A stretch of 56,040 bases of DNA, filler included, from Dimargaris cristalligena (lineage: Eukaryota): assembly GCA_003614675.1 (NCBI GenBank). It is 2 parts of 2 records of this genome, joined end to end, with 100 filler letters (N's around TTAATTAATTAA, not from the genome) between each part and the next. Parts side by side here need not be neighbours in the genome. Positions count along the whole stretch, not along the records: positions 1 to 28,023 come from ML002506.1; positions 28,124 to 56,040 come from ML002507.1. One strand, written 5' to 3'. Shown in pieces: positions 23,047 through 35,332 of this stretch (the stretch's first letter is position 1; each line of letters begins with the position of its first letter). The notes beneath the pieces were generated by a model. The model had not been told where the DNA came from. It did no database searches and saw nothing but the letters and a program-made list of their open reading frames with translations. The translations under genes and the position numbers were made by a program.

Positions 23047-26000
23047 GATGCGATTGGCTAAAAAAATAAGGGTGCGAATATAGACGGGAAACCCGCTAGA
23101 CAAGCGAGCCAGGTTGGTATAACGATATAAGGCCGCAGATTAGGATAGGCGGAAAGAGTCGGCAAGTTACTGGCACCCACGAGGTAACACGTGGTCGGAT
23201 GCAGGGCAGAGAATACTCCACTGGTAGTATCCCGCAGGGCAGGACAGCTGTTGAGTGGATGGTTGTGAGCGTAGGGGGTACTAGAAAGCAGCGCACAGCG
23301 ATAGAGAGGGTCAAGTAGGAAATTCAGGAGGTTGCCAATGGTTAAACCGAGAATAACAATAAAAATAAATATATATATATAACGAGTGGCGGTAAAGATA
23401 CAGTTGAGGGAAAATACTAAATAACCGAATTAAAAAAAAAATCGTAGCAAAGTGAGGAAACGGAGACGGCGGACATTGGGGAGGACTATATATTAATTAA
23501 CTAGCTGTTGTTCGGGAATGGACGCTGCCCAGCTTCACCATTACCCATCTAGAAGCGCAAAAATAACATGAAACAGTGAGGAAAGAGCTGGGTTCACAAG
23601 GCACATTGGTATTGATTGAGCCTAGACTGTATCAACTCTACTTGCAAGATCGTCTCATAATAGTCACACTTGCCATCTTCCTTATTCCTGTACACTCTAG
23701 TGTGGTTCATGTAATTTGTTATGCTTGGGGGGCGGAGAACGGGGTGTATGTACGCGTGTGCCCTTTAAATGATCGACTTGGTTGGAGTTTCCACATGGCA
23801 GGCGGGGTGCTGAGCCGAACCCCCGGCCATTTTAGACCCCATTTTTCCTGCTATTTCGCTACCTGGTCATCAGTGTTTTTATAGTATAACCATACTACTC
23901 GGATTTTCACCCCTTTCGCCTTCCACCCGACGTTGACGTATTATTGTTAGCGATGACCACCGTTTCGGAAACGTAAATAGTACGGGTTCTCGGCCACTTA
24001 GGACAACGCTATCCAAAGATTTAGCATCCCCAAATGAGTCCCCGGCATTGCTCAATAGCGGTAAAAGAGCCTCCACCCCGAGTTTATTGCGGGAACAGAC
24101 AGCAGGAGGGCAAGGTTCTATCGTTTTCGGACAACTGTGCTTGTTCTCATGGCCCCTTTTCGCTACGTCTAAATATAGATAATACGACGAGATCCACGGG
24201 GCGGCCTAGGCTACCAAGTTTTAGAGTATTTCCATGTAAATAACCGACCTACATGCGAGATTGTATCGTCTTTATTCCCACTTCCACACAGTTGGCATCC
24301 AACTTGCTCACCATTCACAACAACCATCAGACTTACCAAATTAGATGGGTATTCACCCGGCTAAACAATCCTTACTGTTCCTTGAGAAAATGTCAAAGTA
24401 CAGCCTAGTTTATTTCCGGTGTAGTTTGGTGTTGAGTTGCCCTACTTAATCACCCCCCGAGTTCCCACCATACGTTGGAACACTTGCTGGTTTAGTTCAA
24501 CGGAATATATATATAATCACCTCTACTAGTAGTAGATCCTTGAGACATACCTTCCTTTGGTTTATAATCTTTCCATCATGCGATTCGGGGGAATATCTAA
24601 TTGGATATACCACCTACCGACAATGATTCTCGGGATGCTGGTAAACTCCGATGGGAGTTTAATGTTTCCATCGTCCGGGTGTATTGGGAAGGGCTACGCA
24701 TAAGTAATGCAAAACCTGGGTGTTAGTAGGCTTGGTATATCTGCCAGTATTCAACGGCGCAGTCATCAAAGCTAAGCAGCCCCGTCGAAGTTTACAACTC
24801 TTGTGGGCTCATAAAGGTTAACGGCTTATTCTAATATATACCCTCCTCAAAGCGCTATACATGAAGTGATGAGCATGGGACAGTTCAACCAGCGGGAACA
24901 AAAGTGAACCTCTTAGTATCTTGCTAAATCCAGGCAAAATTCTATAATTAAGTGGGCGTAGCAAATACGCAACTATACAACTACCAACTGCTACACAAAA
25001 AACCTGGGCGGGTGTTGAAGGTGGGGCGATCATCTTGTGGGGGGGGGAAGGAACCTGCGCCCAAACCGACAATCTTGGAAGAGTACTTCATTATGGCTTT
25101 TACTGGTGAGCACCACCCCGCCGTATTTTTGAGTCGGGGGTATAGGAAAAATAGTTTGTGGAAAAAATCTTGTGAGTAGTGTTGACGGTATTCCAATACA
25201 TTGGCGGGGTGCATATTTGTCTACGCAGCCGCTTATTTGCAAAATTGGGACATTATTTCCTAACCATCAACAAAACCAATGGGTTGTCCCTTCGCTTATA
25301 TTTCACGGACCCCATAGTATCGTTATTCTTGCCTATATATACCATGTGGATTGCTGTTTCCAGAGTTTAGGATCATTCCCGGATTTCCCAGCCAAAGTCG
25401 TTGGTTTTGGCCTCATTCGCCCGCATTACTACTGTGAGTCTCGCCCCCCCTCTCCCTCGGCGAACCAAGCCCGTTGGGGGCGGTTTTCGGCGAATATGGG
25501 TGGAACGGCGGTCATTGGCGGAATTTTCCCCTGTTCGGTTCCTGCATGTCACTAAATAACTATGGATAGTCTCATTTTCATTGGATTATGGAATCGCCTG
25601 ACTGTATGGTGGACTGTAGATTCCAGTGGTGGCCAGAAAATTAACATACTCGGTGTTGGCTACCAATGGTATCGTCGATGAATGGTAAAACCGTGGCCTT
25701 CTGGTGTGCACCATTCATCTGGACCATCTGGTTGGAATCAAACAAAACCGACGAGCCCGCCATGTCCGGTAAAATCCATTTAAACGGCGGAGATATCTAC
25801 AAACCACTCAGAATGGCCACTATTCCGATTATAACAGGAAATTGTACGGTAACCGCTCTTTATGACTTGGATTGCATTCGATCAGTTAGACCGGCTTTAT
25901 TATAACGAAGAAGGGGTAAGCAACACAAATAACGGGTCAGGTAAATAAAGCAGTAGGGTCATAGGAACGCTCTAATGGTTACAGATATGATTTAACCCGA

Positions 26001-28023
26001 CAAAATCCCTAAGCAAAAAATCAACTATATTTATATGGGACTTCTCTGCCCAGGTTATTTTTGATAACAGTATTTGTATCTAGTAAACTATTGGCAGTAT
26101 TGAGTTTACGGGGAATCCCGGCTATGTAGCTAGAAGTCACGAAGACTGTAGTTGCTAGAGCTCATGCACAGAAAAATGATCTATGGTGTGGAGAAGTATA
26201 AAAGATAGTTTTTAGAGTAAACATCAATATCAGGTTATACTGAATTTTACTAAAGCCACAGGTAATTATGTATATCATCATTAGGTGTAATCTACTTATT
26301 ATTATAATAATGCTGTTTTAGATGGGTGATCAACATCCCTTATTAAATCTTAGTCAGTCAATATATATATATATATATATAATCAAACTTTTTCTGAGTT
26401 GAGACATGGTAGATAATGCTGTCAACAAGCAAAAGCCAAGAAGTGGCACCTATTAGGTGCCAGCTGACCCTTATCTCGAGGTATTTATAGGCATAAAAAC
26501 ATTTTTCTAATAACTAGTTTATAGAACTAAAGGGAAATCTCTTTGGGAATCCCTGATTGGTTAGTATGCCATATAACATTATATTGGTTAAATGATATGG
26601 CTTATAAGCCTAATGACCTAGGCAGGTATTCAATGGCAAATATAAAGCATAGTGTTAATATTAGGGGTAGGATGCAGAAACTACTAAAACCAAGATCATT
26701 GGGCCCAGTAGCCTTGAAAAAGTACTAGCCGATTGCCACATGTACCAGTAAGTAAAATGATAGCACATTTTAGAATATAAAAAAATCGATATATTGGTTG
26801 ATTTCTTCATTAACGGTATTTTATATGATATATAGTCTCTGTATAACCTCCTTATATCATCTAAATGACCCAAGATCATGATTTAATCTTTGGTTTTTTA
26901 CCACAAAGGTGTACTATCCTGGGTGTTTTTCATCCTATGGAGGCATATAATTGATAAATACACTAGAAAATATGTACATTTTGGTTGGCGCTGGTATATA
27001 CACATTTTATTCCTAATGGTGGAAGCAGACTTAGCATAGGCCACTAAGCCATGTATTCAATGCATACCAGCTGTGTAGGAAATATGCCTTTGGAGAAATG
27101 ATAGTGAGGCTAGATAGGCCTATTATGGTAATATGGCCTATGGTTGTAGTTATACTAAGTAAAATGGAGATTTGGGAATTTAAAGTATCTTGTGGTGTGG
27201 TCATCAATAATTTAGTCATTGAAGCCCACTGTTAAGCACAGGTACAAATATATGGTCAAATTATTACATTAATAATAAATATAGTAATACCAAATTAATC
27301 TATGTTTCATTATTTTTGGGTTGAGCTTAATATGATATAGTTATGTCAATAATTATAAATGCCTAAGTATAAATTCAGAGTTGTAAATAGGATAATAATG
27401 TCACCCGAATTAACCACTCTTAGTCCATCAAGAGTCTTGGGGATAGGTTTCTAATGGTAGGTGGGGCATTGGGCATGGCCAAGCGGGCTACTAGTGTTAG
27501 GTAGGGCTGATACTAACTGAATAAAGCAAGTGTTGCTATGTATGCGGGGGATGTGCAATGATGCACACTTACTAGTCAGTATAGGGGGTGAGTGTATATA
27601 GGGTTTATTGAGGTAAACTAAGGGGTCAGAATAAGCTAAGGTACTAACCGGTCCCCATGGGGGGCCTGGTTATATATATGTGGGGGACTACTCCAAGGGA
27701 GGTCCTGAGGGGAAACTATATAACTAAGATAATAATAGGGGGGGCCGGGTGGTCCTCGTATGAGCAGAGGCTTTCATGGGAACTGGAAGACACGATCACC
27801 TAGGAGTGAGTAGTGTGAACTCTGGGGGGGTCCGGTATGGCAAGGTGTACTGTCCCCCTATAAGCCACATTAATTATATCACTATTATTATTATTATGCA
27901 GGGTATGAAGTGGCCTTTTTTTCTGGTATAACCAGTTTTTTTCCCCTCCCCTTTAACCCATTCTTTCCATACAAATTTTCCCTTTGATTTCTATATATTT
28001 CTATTGGCTAATCCACCCTTTTT

Positions 28024-28123
28024 NNNNNNNNNNNNNNNNNNNNNNNNNNNNNNNNNNNNNNNNNNNNTTAATTAATTAANNNNNNNNNNNNNNNNNNNNN
28101 NNNNNNNNNNNNNNNNNNNNNNN
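28024..28123. other. Assembly gap/contig joint: 44 N + TTAATTAATTAA + 44 N
   Basis: Exactly 100 nt with a central palindromic 12-mer that places stop codons in all six frames. Confidence 0.97.
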
Positions 28124-28675
28124 TTGCCTCATCAAATGGATTTTTCGTTATACAGCCTTGTTGAACTACTCCCATATTGGTCCTGTGAGTCGCCTATTCC
28201 ACGCTTGATGAACCTAATCTATGGGACAAGAGAGGTAGGGGGAGATGACAATTGAAATATAAAATGGAGACTGACGAGAATTTATCCAACTGACTACTTA
28301 CGGACGGAAGAAGGTCCGAATTTTCGACCTAGGCCCCCCTCCACTGGTATTCCGTGGATTTCCAATGTGGCCTAGTAAACGATGAAGAGGATTGCTAGTG
28401 GAGTTTATGAACCATGCCGGCGAGCATCACCGCTGAGCAACCCCGACAAAGTAATGCGGGCATTCGCGGATTAGTCGGAAAATCAAGACTTTCTTTATTG
28501 TTGGGAAATAGAGGGAAGCGTGGCAAGTAGAGAAGAGAGGAGAAGAGAAGGGAGGGGATGGAGTGACTAGAGAGGGGGGGATACGGCTTCGGCAAGGAAA
28601 TCAGAGCCGCATGGCCGAAAGAACGCCGATATTGTGTATAGTCGAGCGAATCGAACGACGGTTGGATAAAAGATG

Positions 28676-28728
28676 TATATATATATAAAGAGAGAGAGAG
28701 AGAGAGATATAGAGATAGAGATAGAGAA
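28676..28728. repeat. Compound (AT)n/(AG)n/(AGATAG)n microsatellite
   Basis: tatatatatata aagagagagagagagagagatatagagatagagatagag. Confidence 0.85.
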
Positions 28729-29153
28729 AAGCTAGGGCAAGGCAAGGAGGCCTAAAGATATAGATATGGAAGTGACAGAATGTACAGGAATATGGGAACG
28801 CAGATATACATAAGCAATGAACTCTGCAGGTATACCGATAAAGTAATTAATTACATTAAAGGAAATGGATGCATGGGACCTTGGGTAGATTTTTTTGAAT
28901 AAAAAAGAAATGGTGAAATTAAAAAAAGCGGGTAACAAATCATTATTCATTAGGGGGGATCAGCGGAATAGCAATTACGAGTGTCGAAGTTCGGTAATAA
29001 CATCCAATGAACCAGACACCCCCCCATACCGGCTTAAATAAAGGCATCTCTTAAAAACACAGGTGCGTATGAAAGGGTGATAGGATGGGAGAGGGGGGTA
29101 TCAGGCTTTAACTATTAGAAAGAAAGTGGTACCAGGCTCACTGTGAACTGGGT

Positions 29154-30272
29154 TTATATCCGGTAGGCGGCCAACGATAAAATAGTGAGCGCCAAGCCGG
29201 TCATGACCTGTGAGGATAGACTGTGGACCCGGAACGACGAAGTAGCCGACGACGTGACGGCCTCGGTCCGCTTCGAATTAGTTTTGGGGTAGAATTGACT
29301 AACCACCCGATTAGGAATCGGTAGACTGTTGAAACTCAGGGTCGTTTCGAATAACATACCCTGGTTGTAGAAATGGGTCGCGATGATATGGGGCCACATA
29401 AAATTATTATTACGTAGGTCCACGATGTGACTATTGAGATCCCAGCCGTTGGTGATGTCGGCCACGGCGGCGTAGGGGACGGGCTCCACACTTCCTTCAA
29501 CCGTCGCGTTTTCCCACCGCATGTGGTAGTTGATGAAGAAGGGGATTTTGCCCTCTTTCCAGTTCACGCGACCCATGGGCCACTTATCGCCCGCGGGGAC
29601 CACGAGGGTGCTGTAGGTCGTGTGGGTCTCGTAACCAACCATCCAGGCGGGGGGTGCTTTGACGTTGGCCTGGGCAATAATCACGGCCTGCTTCCCGGCA
29701 TCGAGCAGTTGGCCGGCGGTCTGCCAGTCGCCCAGGGCGGGCCCTGTGGCGGAGAGGGTATCGAGGCCCGCCGCTACAAAGTCCTTGGTGATGGCCGCGG
29801 TTTCCACGCCGCCGGGGTTATCCAAGACGATGGTGACCAACTCGCGCGGATTATTGGCCAGGAAATTAGCTAGGACCTGGAGGGTCTGGCCCAAGGTTCC
29901 GCCATCGTTCACAGTACAGCTAATAAAACAGAGCTGGGCGGAGGCGGCTTCCGTTGGCGACGGGTGGACTTCCAGAAAGAACCCGCGGATGCCGTCCTTG
30001 AGTTGGGTTGGGATGTCCTTGTCTTGGGTGCCAATGGCCTTTTCGTTCTTGCGTACCGCATGGGAGACGTGGGTGGCGGCTAGGGTGATTTGATTGTAGG
30101 GGCGATCGCAGAGGAGAGCGTGACCCATACAAAGGGGCCCGGAGGTATCCAATTTCTCGAGATTAGTGAGGCCGTCGGGAGCACCGGATACGGCGGTTAG
30201 AAGAGTGAAACTCAGCCAGGCCAGGGCGAGTGGCAGCCGAACCAGGGGCGTCCAAAGGGAAAGTGACCGCAT
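29154..30272 (-). CDS. Secreted, probably GPI-anchored PI-PLC X-domain (PLC-like phosphodiesterase) protein, intronless, 372 aa
   Basis: Hydrophobic N-terminal signal; C.GH..LCDRPYNQIT..ATH.S, QL.DGIR, LC..SC..NDGG and FL.NNPRELVTI family motifs; Ser-rich spacer plus hydrophobic C-terminal tail. Confidence 0.85.
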   Translation of the reverse strand: MRSLSLWTPLVRLPLALAWLSFTLLTAVSGAPDGLTNLEKLDTSGPLCMGHALLCDRPYNQITLAATHVSHAVRKNEKAIGTQDKDIPTQLKDGIRGFFLEVHPSPTEAASAQLCFISCTVNDGGTLGQTLQVLANFLANNPRELVTIVLDNPGGVETAAITKDFVAAGLDTLSATGPALGDWQTAGQLLDAGKQAVIIAQANVKAPPAWMVGYETHTTYSTLVVPAGDKWPMGRVNWKEGKIPFFINYHMRWENATVEGSVEPVPYAAVADITNGWDLNSHIVDLRNNNFMWPHIIATHFYNQGMLFETTLSFNSLPIPNRVVSQFYPKTNSKRTEAVTSSATSSFRVHSLSSQVMTGLALTILSLAAYRI

Positions 30273-33200
30273 AGTCTCAGGGTAAAGAGGATATTAGGCG
30301 AGGGAGTATATAGTGTGTATAATAAATAGAATAATGCGAGGGTCGACCCGTGCAGTAGACTATGGTATACAATAAAGAGATTAGGCTAGCCGAAACCGGA
30401 CCAAGTAAACACCGGTGCCAAACTAAATATGGCAAATGGCTACCCCTGGTGCCAAACGGGATCAGCTAAGTGGCTGACTACTGCCGATGGCCGTTTAAAT
30501 AGGAATGTAACAGGGGCAACAAGGGTCGAGAGGGCGGCCAAAAATGACGAGCAACTGCCAAAGCTATTAATATACACCTCCTATACTAGGGTGGTATAGA
30601 TAGCAACGGTGTATGAGGTGCAAATGGGATGAATGTGGCTATTTCGATCAGGGACGATTGAGCAAAAAGGGATATACTAAGATCACCGCACCAAGTAATT
30701 AGAAAGGGCTATAAGGTGGATAGATATATGTATTGCTGGGTTGGAGATAAGGGATGGGGCGAGACTTGGTGTAGGGCGCGTGATGAAGGCGATTTTTATA
30801 TTTGGTCAGACCGGGGGTTGCCGAATGGGGGCCACGTCGTAATAGAGCAGTGTAGTCGAGAAGATTATCTAGATTCTGGATGTGCCGCTCTATCAAATGG
30901 AATATAAAGACAACTAAAGCACTAAGTCTACCGCAGATAGTAATCAGAACTGTCAATCCGGGGATGGAGTCCGAAGTATTAACGTCTCGATTGAAAGGGA
31001 CCGGGGCTAATCTCTACACCTACTAAAACGGAATTGATACTAATGAAAACGAAGGCTGCTGTTTTTTTTTAAAAAAAAAGAATAGAAAGGCGAGAGGATA
31101 AGAAAAGGATATGGCCACACAACGGAGAAGTAGAAAACTAAAAGGGCATAAAGAAACCAGGTAAATGATTAACTTTCAGAGACCAAGCGAAGTAGAATGG
31201 AGGAGAGGTTTCGTCGCTAAGGAGAGACAACTGCTATAAATTAAACCTGTCGTGTGAAACCAACCCAAGGAAAAGAAGGGTCAGGCCTAACTGTGGCAGC
31301 GGCGATGATTTAGTGTGGTTAAGGGGCCAAGGATAAGACCGAAGGGTCTTTTGTAGAGGTTGATTAGGGGAGGGGTCTTAGCGATGGAGGGAGACCACCG
31401 GAAGTAATGAGAGAGAAAGGGGGGAGGAAGGTTTACGCGTGGGTAAGAATGCGAGGGAGGAGGGGGAAAGGCGCTGGAAAAATTAAAGACTATTAGGTGA
31501 GATTAATAGCAGATTATGAATCAGAAGGGGGGAATCCAGGTCGGAAAATAACTTGAATACTAGAGGTGATGATTAAAAACACAGGGTCGGCGATGGCTTA
31601 GTTAATGACGATGTATTAAAAAGGCCAATCGAATAACAGGGAATTGGTAACCGGGATGTCGGCTGGAGCGAAGCGAAAATGGCGGTCACAGACAGGTTGA
31701 GTGACACAGGTGTCTTCAACGATTGTACGACCGGAATAGGGATCGATAGGTCAGATCGACGTTGGTTGGTTTAAGGATGGGGATAGACTGAGAGAATATC
31801 CGGTTGTATCGGGGTATCGGGGCGGAGTGGTCGCAGCCTGTAGATAGGCTGAGAATACTCGGAATATATTCGGATAAGTGCGAGGATCGGACCAGAATAG
31901 AGCTAACTCAGCAGGAGCGGGGTATGCGGTATAGTCGAAAGCTGGAATTGAAAAAGAGCAGATGAATACACAGAGAACTACTTACTTGTAAATATAAACA
32001 TAAATACAGGTATACAAAACAAAGGAAGCGATTAAAAGGGAAAGAGAGAGTAGTAGGAGTAGTAGTAGTAGTAATAGTAACGGAGGAGGAGGGGGGTTGT
32101 AGCGGTTCTAGCCAAGATAAATACTATGTAGCGGGGAAGATGAGCTAATGCGTATATATGTAGTGGATAATCCAGGAGTGATGGAGATTAGCTAACGCAC
32201 GCGTTTTATCTAAAAATGCGAGAGGGCTAGTGATGAGCTACTATATGAAGAGTCGGAGTGTGCGGGTGATAACAAAGGGTAACCCCCGCAACAAACCGAT
32301 GAATGTATGTACTAGGGTCGAAAGCCGATGCAACAGAGAGATAGACAGAGGGAGATGATGCAGGCGGATAATGGAGGATGCCGGATGGAGAGTGCAAAAG
32401 ATAAGGCAGTGGCAAGGAATGCAAGAGGATAAGTATTCTAGGTGGTGGGGAATGATGCCCTCTATATAGTAGACTGCGAAGAGAGGGGAGGGGTGAGCAG
32501 GAAGAGGAAAAGGAAAAGGAGGCGAAAGAGAGGGGGGGTGTATTGGCTATGGCCCCAACCCAGTGGGCCGGGCGGGCGATGGGACGACGGGAGGAATGGT
32601 GAAGCGAAGGGGGAAATGTAGTGTAGCGGCAGTGACAGGATACGCGGAATGTACTTCTAGTACGGGGTCGCGAGCCGCCGTAATAATGGGGACAGGTATC
32701 CAAAAATACCCCCACTGTAGAGGTGACCGGGCCAGAGATGCGGGCGGGAGGGTATATAGACTGGGGCATGCATGGGTTATAAGGTTGGGCCATCGAGACC
32801 CTGCGATAACTACGCTATCGGCCGACGCAGCGAAACACAGGAGAGGGGAGGAGGCGAGTTCAACTTCGCGGACAGGCAGTGGGCGACAAAAAGGCACATT
32901 GGGCGTGGTAGATGCCCATCATCGGGCGGTTGGCTTCCCGGTGCCAGCGCCGATTTGTGTATAGGCAGGCGATAACACGATCGGACATCGCCTTTCGGAC
33001 TAAAGTGCTCTTTCACTATCCGAAGCAGTACCCAATAAGCGGGCGCTCTGATTCAATACCGGGCTATAAAGGAGCACTATAAAAATGCCTTGACCCAAAC
33101 CCCCGCGGTCCAAATCCAGGTGACACTGAAGTCCACCACTAATATTTCCGTTGAATTTCCCAGCTGACTGCGAAATCGGCTCATTCATTGGTCTACTAGC

Positions 33201-35332
33201 CCAAGCCGAGCCCATATTGACTAGTAGTGTTTCTGAGACATTTGTGAAAGACAAGTCGCTATAATGTGGCGGGTGTGCGTGGAGAGAAATACGCGGGTTT
33301 TCGAATGCGAAGAGGCGGGGGGGGGGGCTCTAAAAACGCAGGATCCGATGGGATTTAGTGCGATGCACCCTGCCATGACTATTTCGGAAGCGTAGAATAG
33401 CGGACCGGGTCTTATTAATCCTGCGCATGATACAGCGGCGGGCCTCGAGCCAGTAGAGAGATGCCCCCCATCCCGACGACTCGAGCCTCCCTCCCCTCTC
33501 TTACTCCTCCTCCTCTCTACCGCCTTCCCCCCTTGCCCTCAACCCGCTCGGACCACGACATTTCCTTCTCCTCGCCGTTATCGCTGTGCCGGTCAGGTTT
33601 TTCGAAGAGGGGGCGAGGCTCCTCCTAATTCGAGCATCCACTGGGAAATCCCGTGCCCAACAATTAAAGATGGGTCGGGGCTACTAAACCCCCCTCCCCT
33701 CTTTTTCGAAGAATGGCCCCTATTCTCCCCAGCATACCCTCCATGTCAAGCATCGGGAGAGTATCACTTGAGAACCTTCTTAGTTATCCCCACCCCTCTT
33801 CACCCCCACTCAAAAAAATTTAAAAAAAGTCTCCGAAGGCACCCCTGCCCAGCTAGTCTACTTAAATGTCTTCACCGGAAGCAAGTATGGAGTAGAGGGA
33901 TTGGAATGACAAGGGGTATGTTAACCTATTCCCTAATCTGTCTTTGATGGTAGATGAGTTTAGGGGCATAATAAAGCCCACTTAGCTTACTGTAAAGATA
34001 CCCCACCGCCCAACAGGTCACCACCACGAGTCCGCTAAATTACCATTCCATCGAAGTGTACTCTATATGGCATGCTCGGTAAATTAATGAGGCAATAACG
34101 GTGCTATTGCAATCTGGATTAGGAAACCGGTCGTCAGCTATCCAATCGGTTATCTAGAAAATGTCCATACATGGCTTCTAGATTGCCCAATGACGCCCCA
34201 GCAATGAGGGCCTCGATGAGTATTCGGTCTTTCACCCATAAAGCACACACATTACGCAACTGACACAGTCGGTAACTTGGTTTAGCTCCCTATACTCCTC
34301 CCTAAAGTCTGCCTACCGCGCAGAAGAGGAACCACACGACGGCGAAGTTACTAGCGAGGAGCGTGTTCATGACTGTCAACTAGTCAACCGAGCTGCTCTG
34401 GATTTTGGGCAGTGTGGCCCCACTACCACCATCATCGCGCTTTACAGTATCCGGAAGCAAGTATAGCCTATACTACCGTAATCAGTAAATTGACCACAAC
34501 AAGCACGGCAGTCCCAGTTCCACTGGTTCCTCTGTGCCGGTGTGGTGTACTACCACCCCTCTCTCTCTGCCGCCCCTTATTCGGACTATTACGGACGCAT
34601 GGTCAGTGGAACGCGACTAAGTCATTCACTCGCAGTTATCTCCCTCCCCTTTTCAGAGTCTGACCTTGGCCCCTTGCTTCATCCGCATTGCCTTGGGAGT
34701 TGGCTACCCCTCCCTTCTGCCAACCGGACCCTCGTCCAAGCCCACTTCATCCGACATGGCTCTTGGAATCGGCCGCCCCCCCCACTCGCAATAATTCACC
34801 CATCGAAATATATATTAAACTACTGCCAATATACACCTTCCGCGTCATTGATTGAACATATTTATAGAGTCGATGGTACAGTAGTGGATTAATGGTCGTC
34901 ATTATAAATGGCTTCTTTTTTAACGCAATAAAAAAGAAGAAAAAATAAGATAAAACGTGGGGGCAGGGTGTGTTTTTCAGTAGTAGTAGTAGTTGCTGTT
35001 TTTTTCGGTTTTAGAAAATGCTATTTCTCCAAAGTAGAGGAGTGCTACAATGGGTTCATGGTTGAGTACAGTGAGAGTTAGAGCCATCCATAATGATATA
35101 GTTTCGGCTGTGTGATGCTATTTTTTAAAAAAACAAATATGCAAGGCCCCCTACCATTGATCGCTTCGATATGCAAGCTATAGAACAAAATAAAATACCG
35201 GAAGTAGTCGGCTATAGCTCGTAAATTGCCAACTGACATGTGGCAAATGACCGGGGAATGTTGCGCTTAAAGCCAAGCACTTTAGGGAGGATGATAAAAG
35301 CCGGGTGAACCGAGAGGCAATCCGCCGAGTTA

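Noticed and set aside
26470..26880. Minus-strand pseudogene reading frame in the CpG-poor block
   Set aside because: Stop density is close to that of random AT-rich DNA and I recognise no protein family.
31848..31886. TPP-riboswitch-like CTGAGA-ATAC...GGATAA..GCG.AGGA
   Set aside because: Lacks the conserved UGAU junction and P4/P5 pairing, is antisense to the nearest gene, and no thiamine gene is nearby.
32227..32793. 188-aa minus-strand ORF
   Set aside because: Ser/Pro/Leu/His-rich translation of pyrimidine-skewed leader sequence, starting upstream of the putative TATA.
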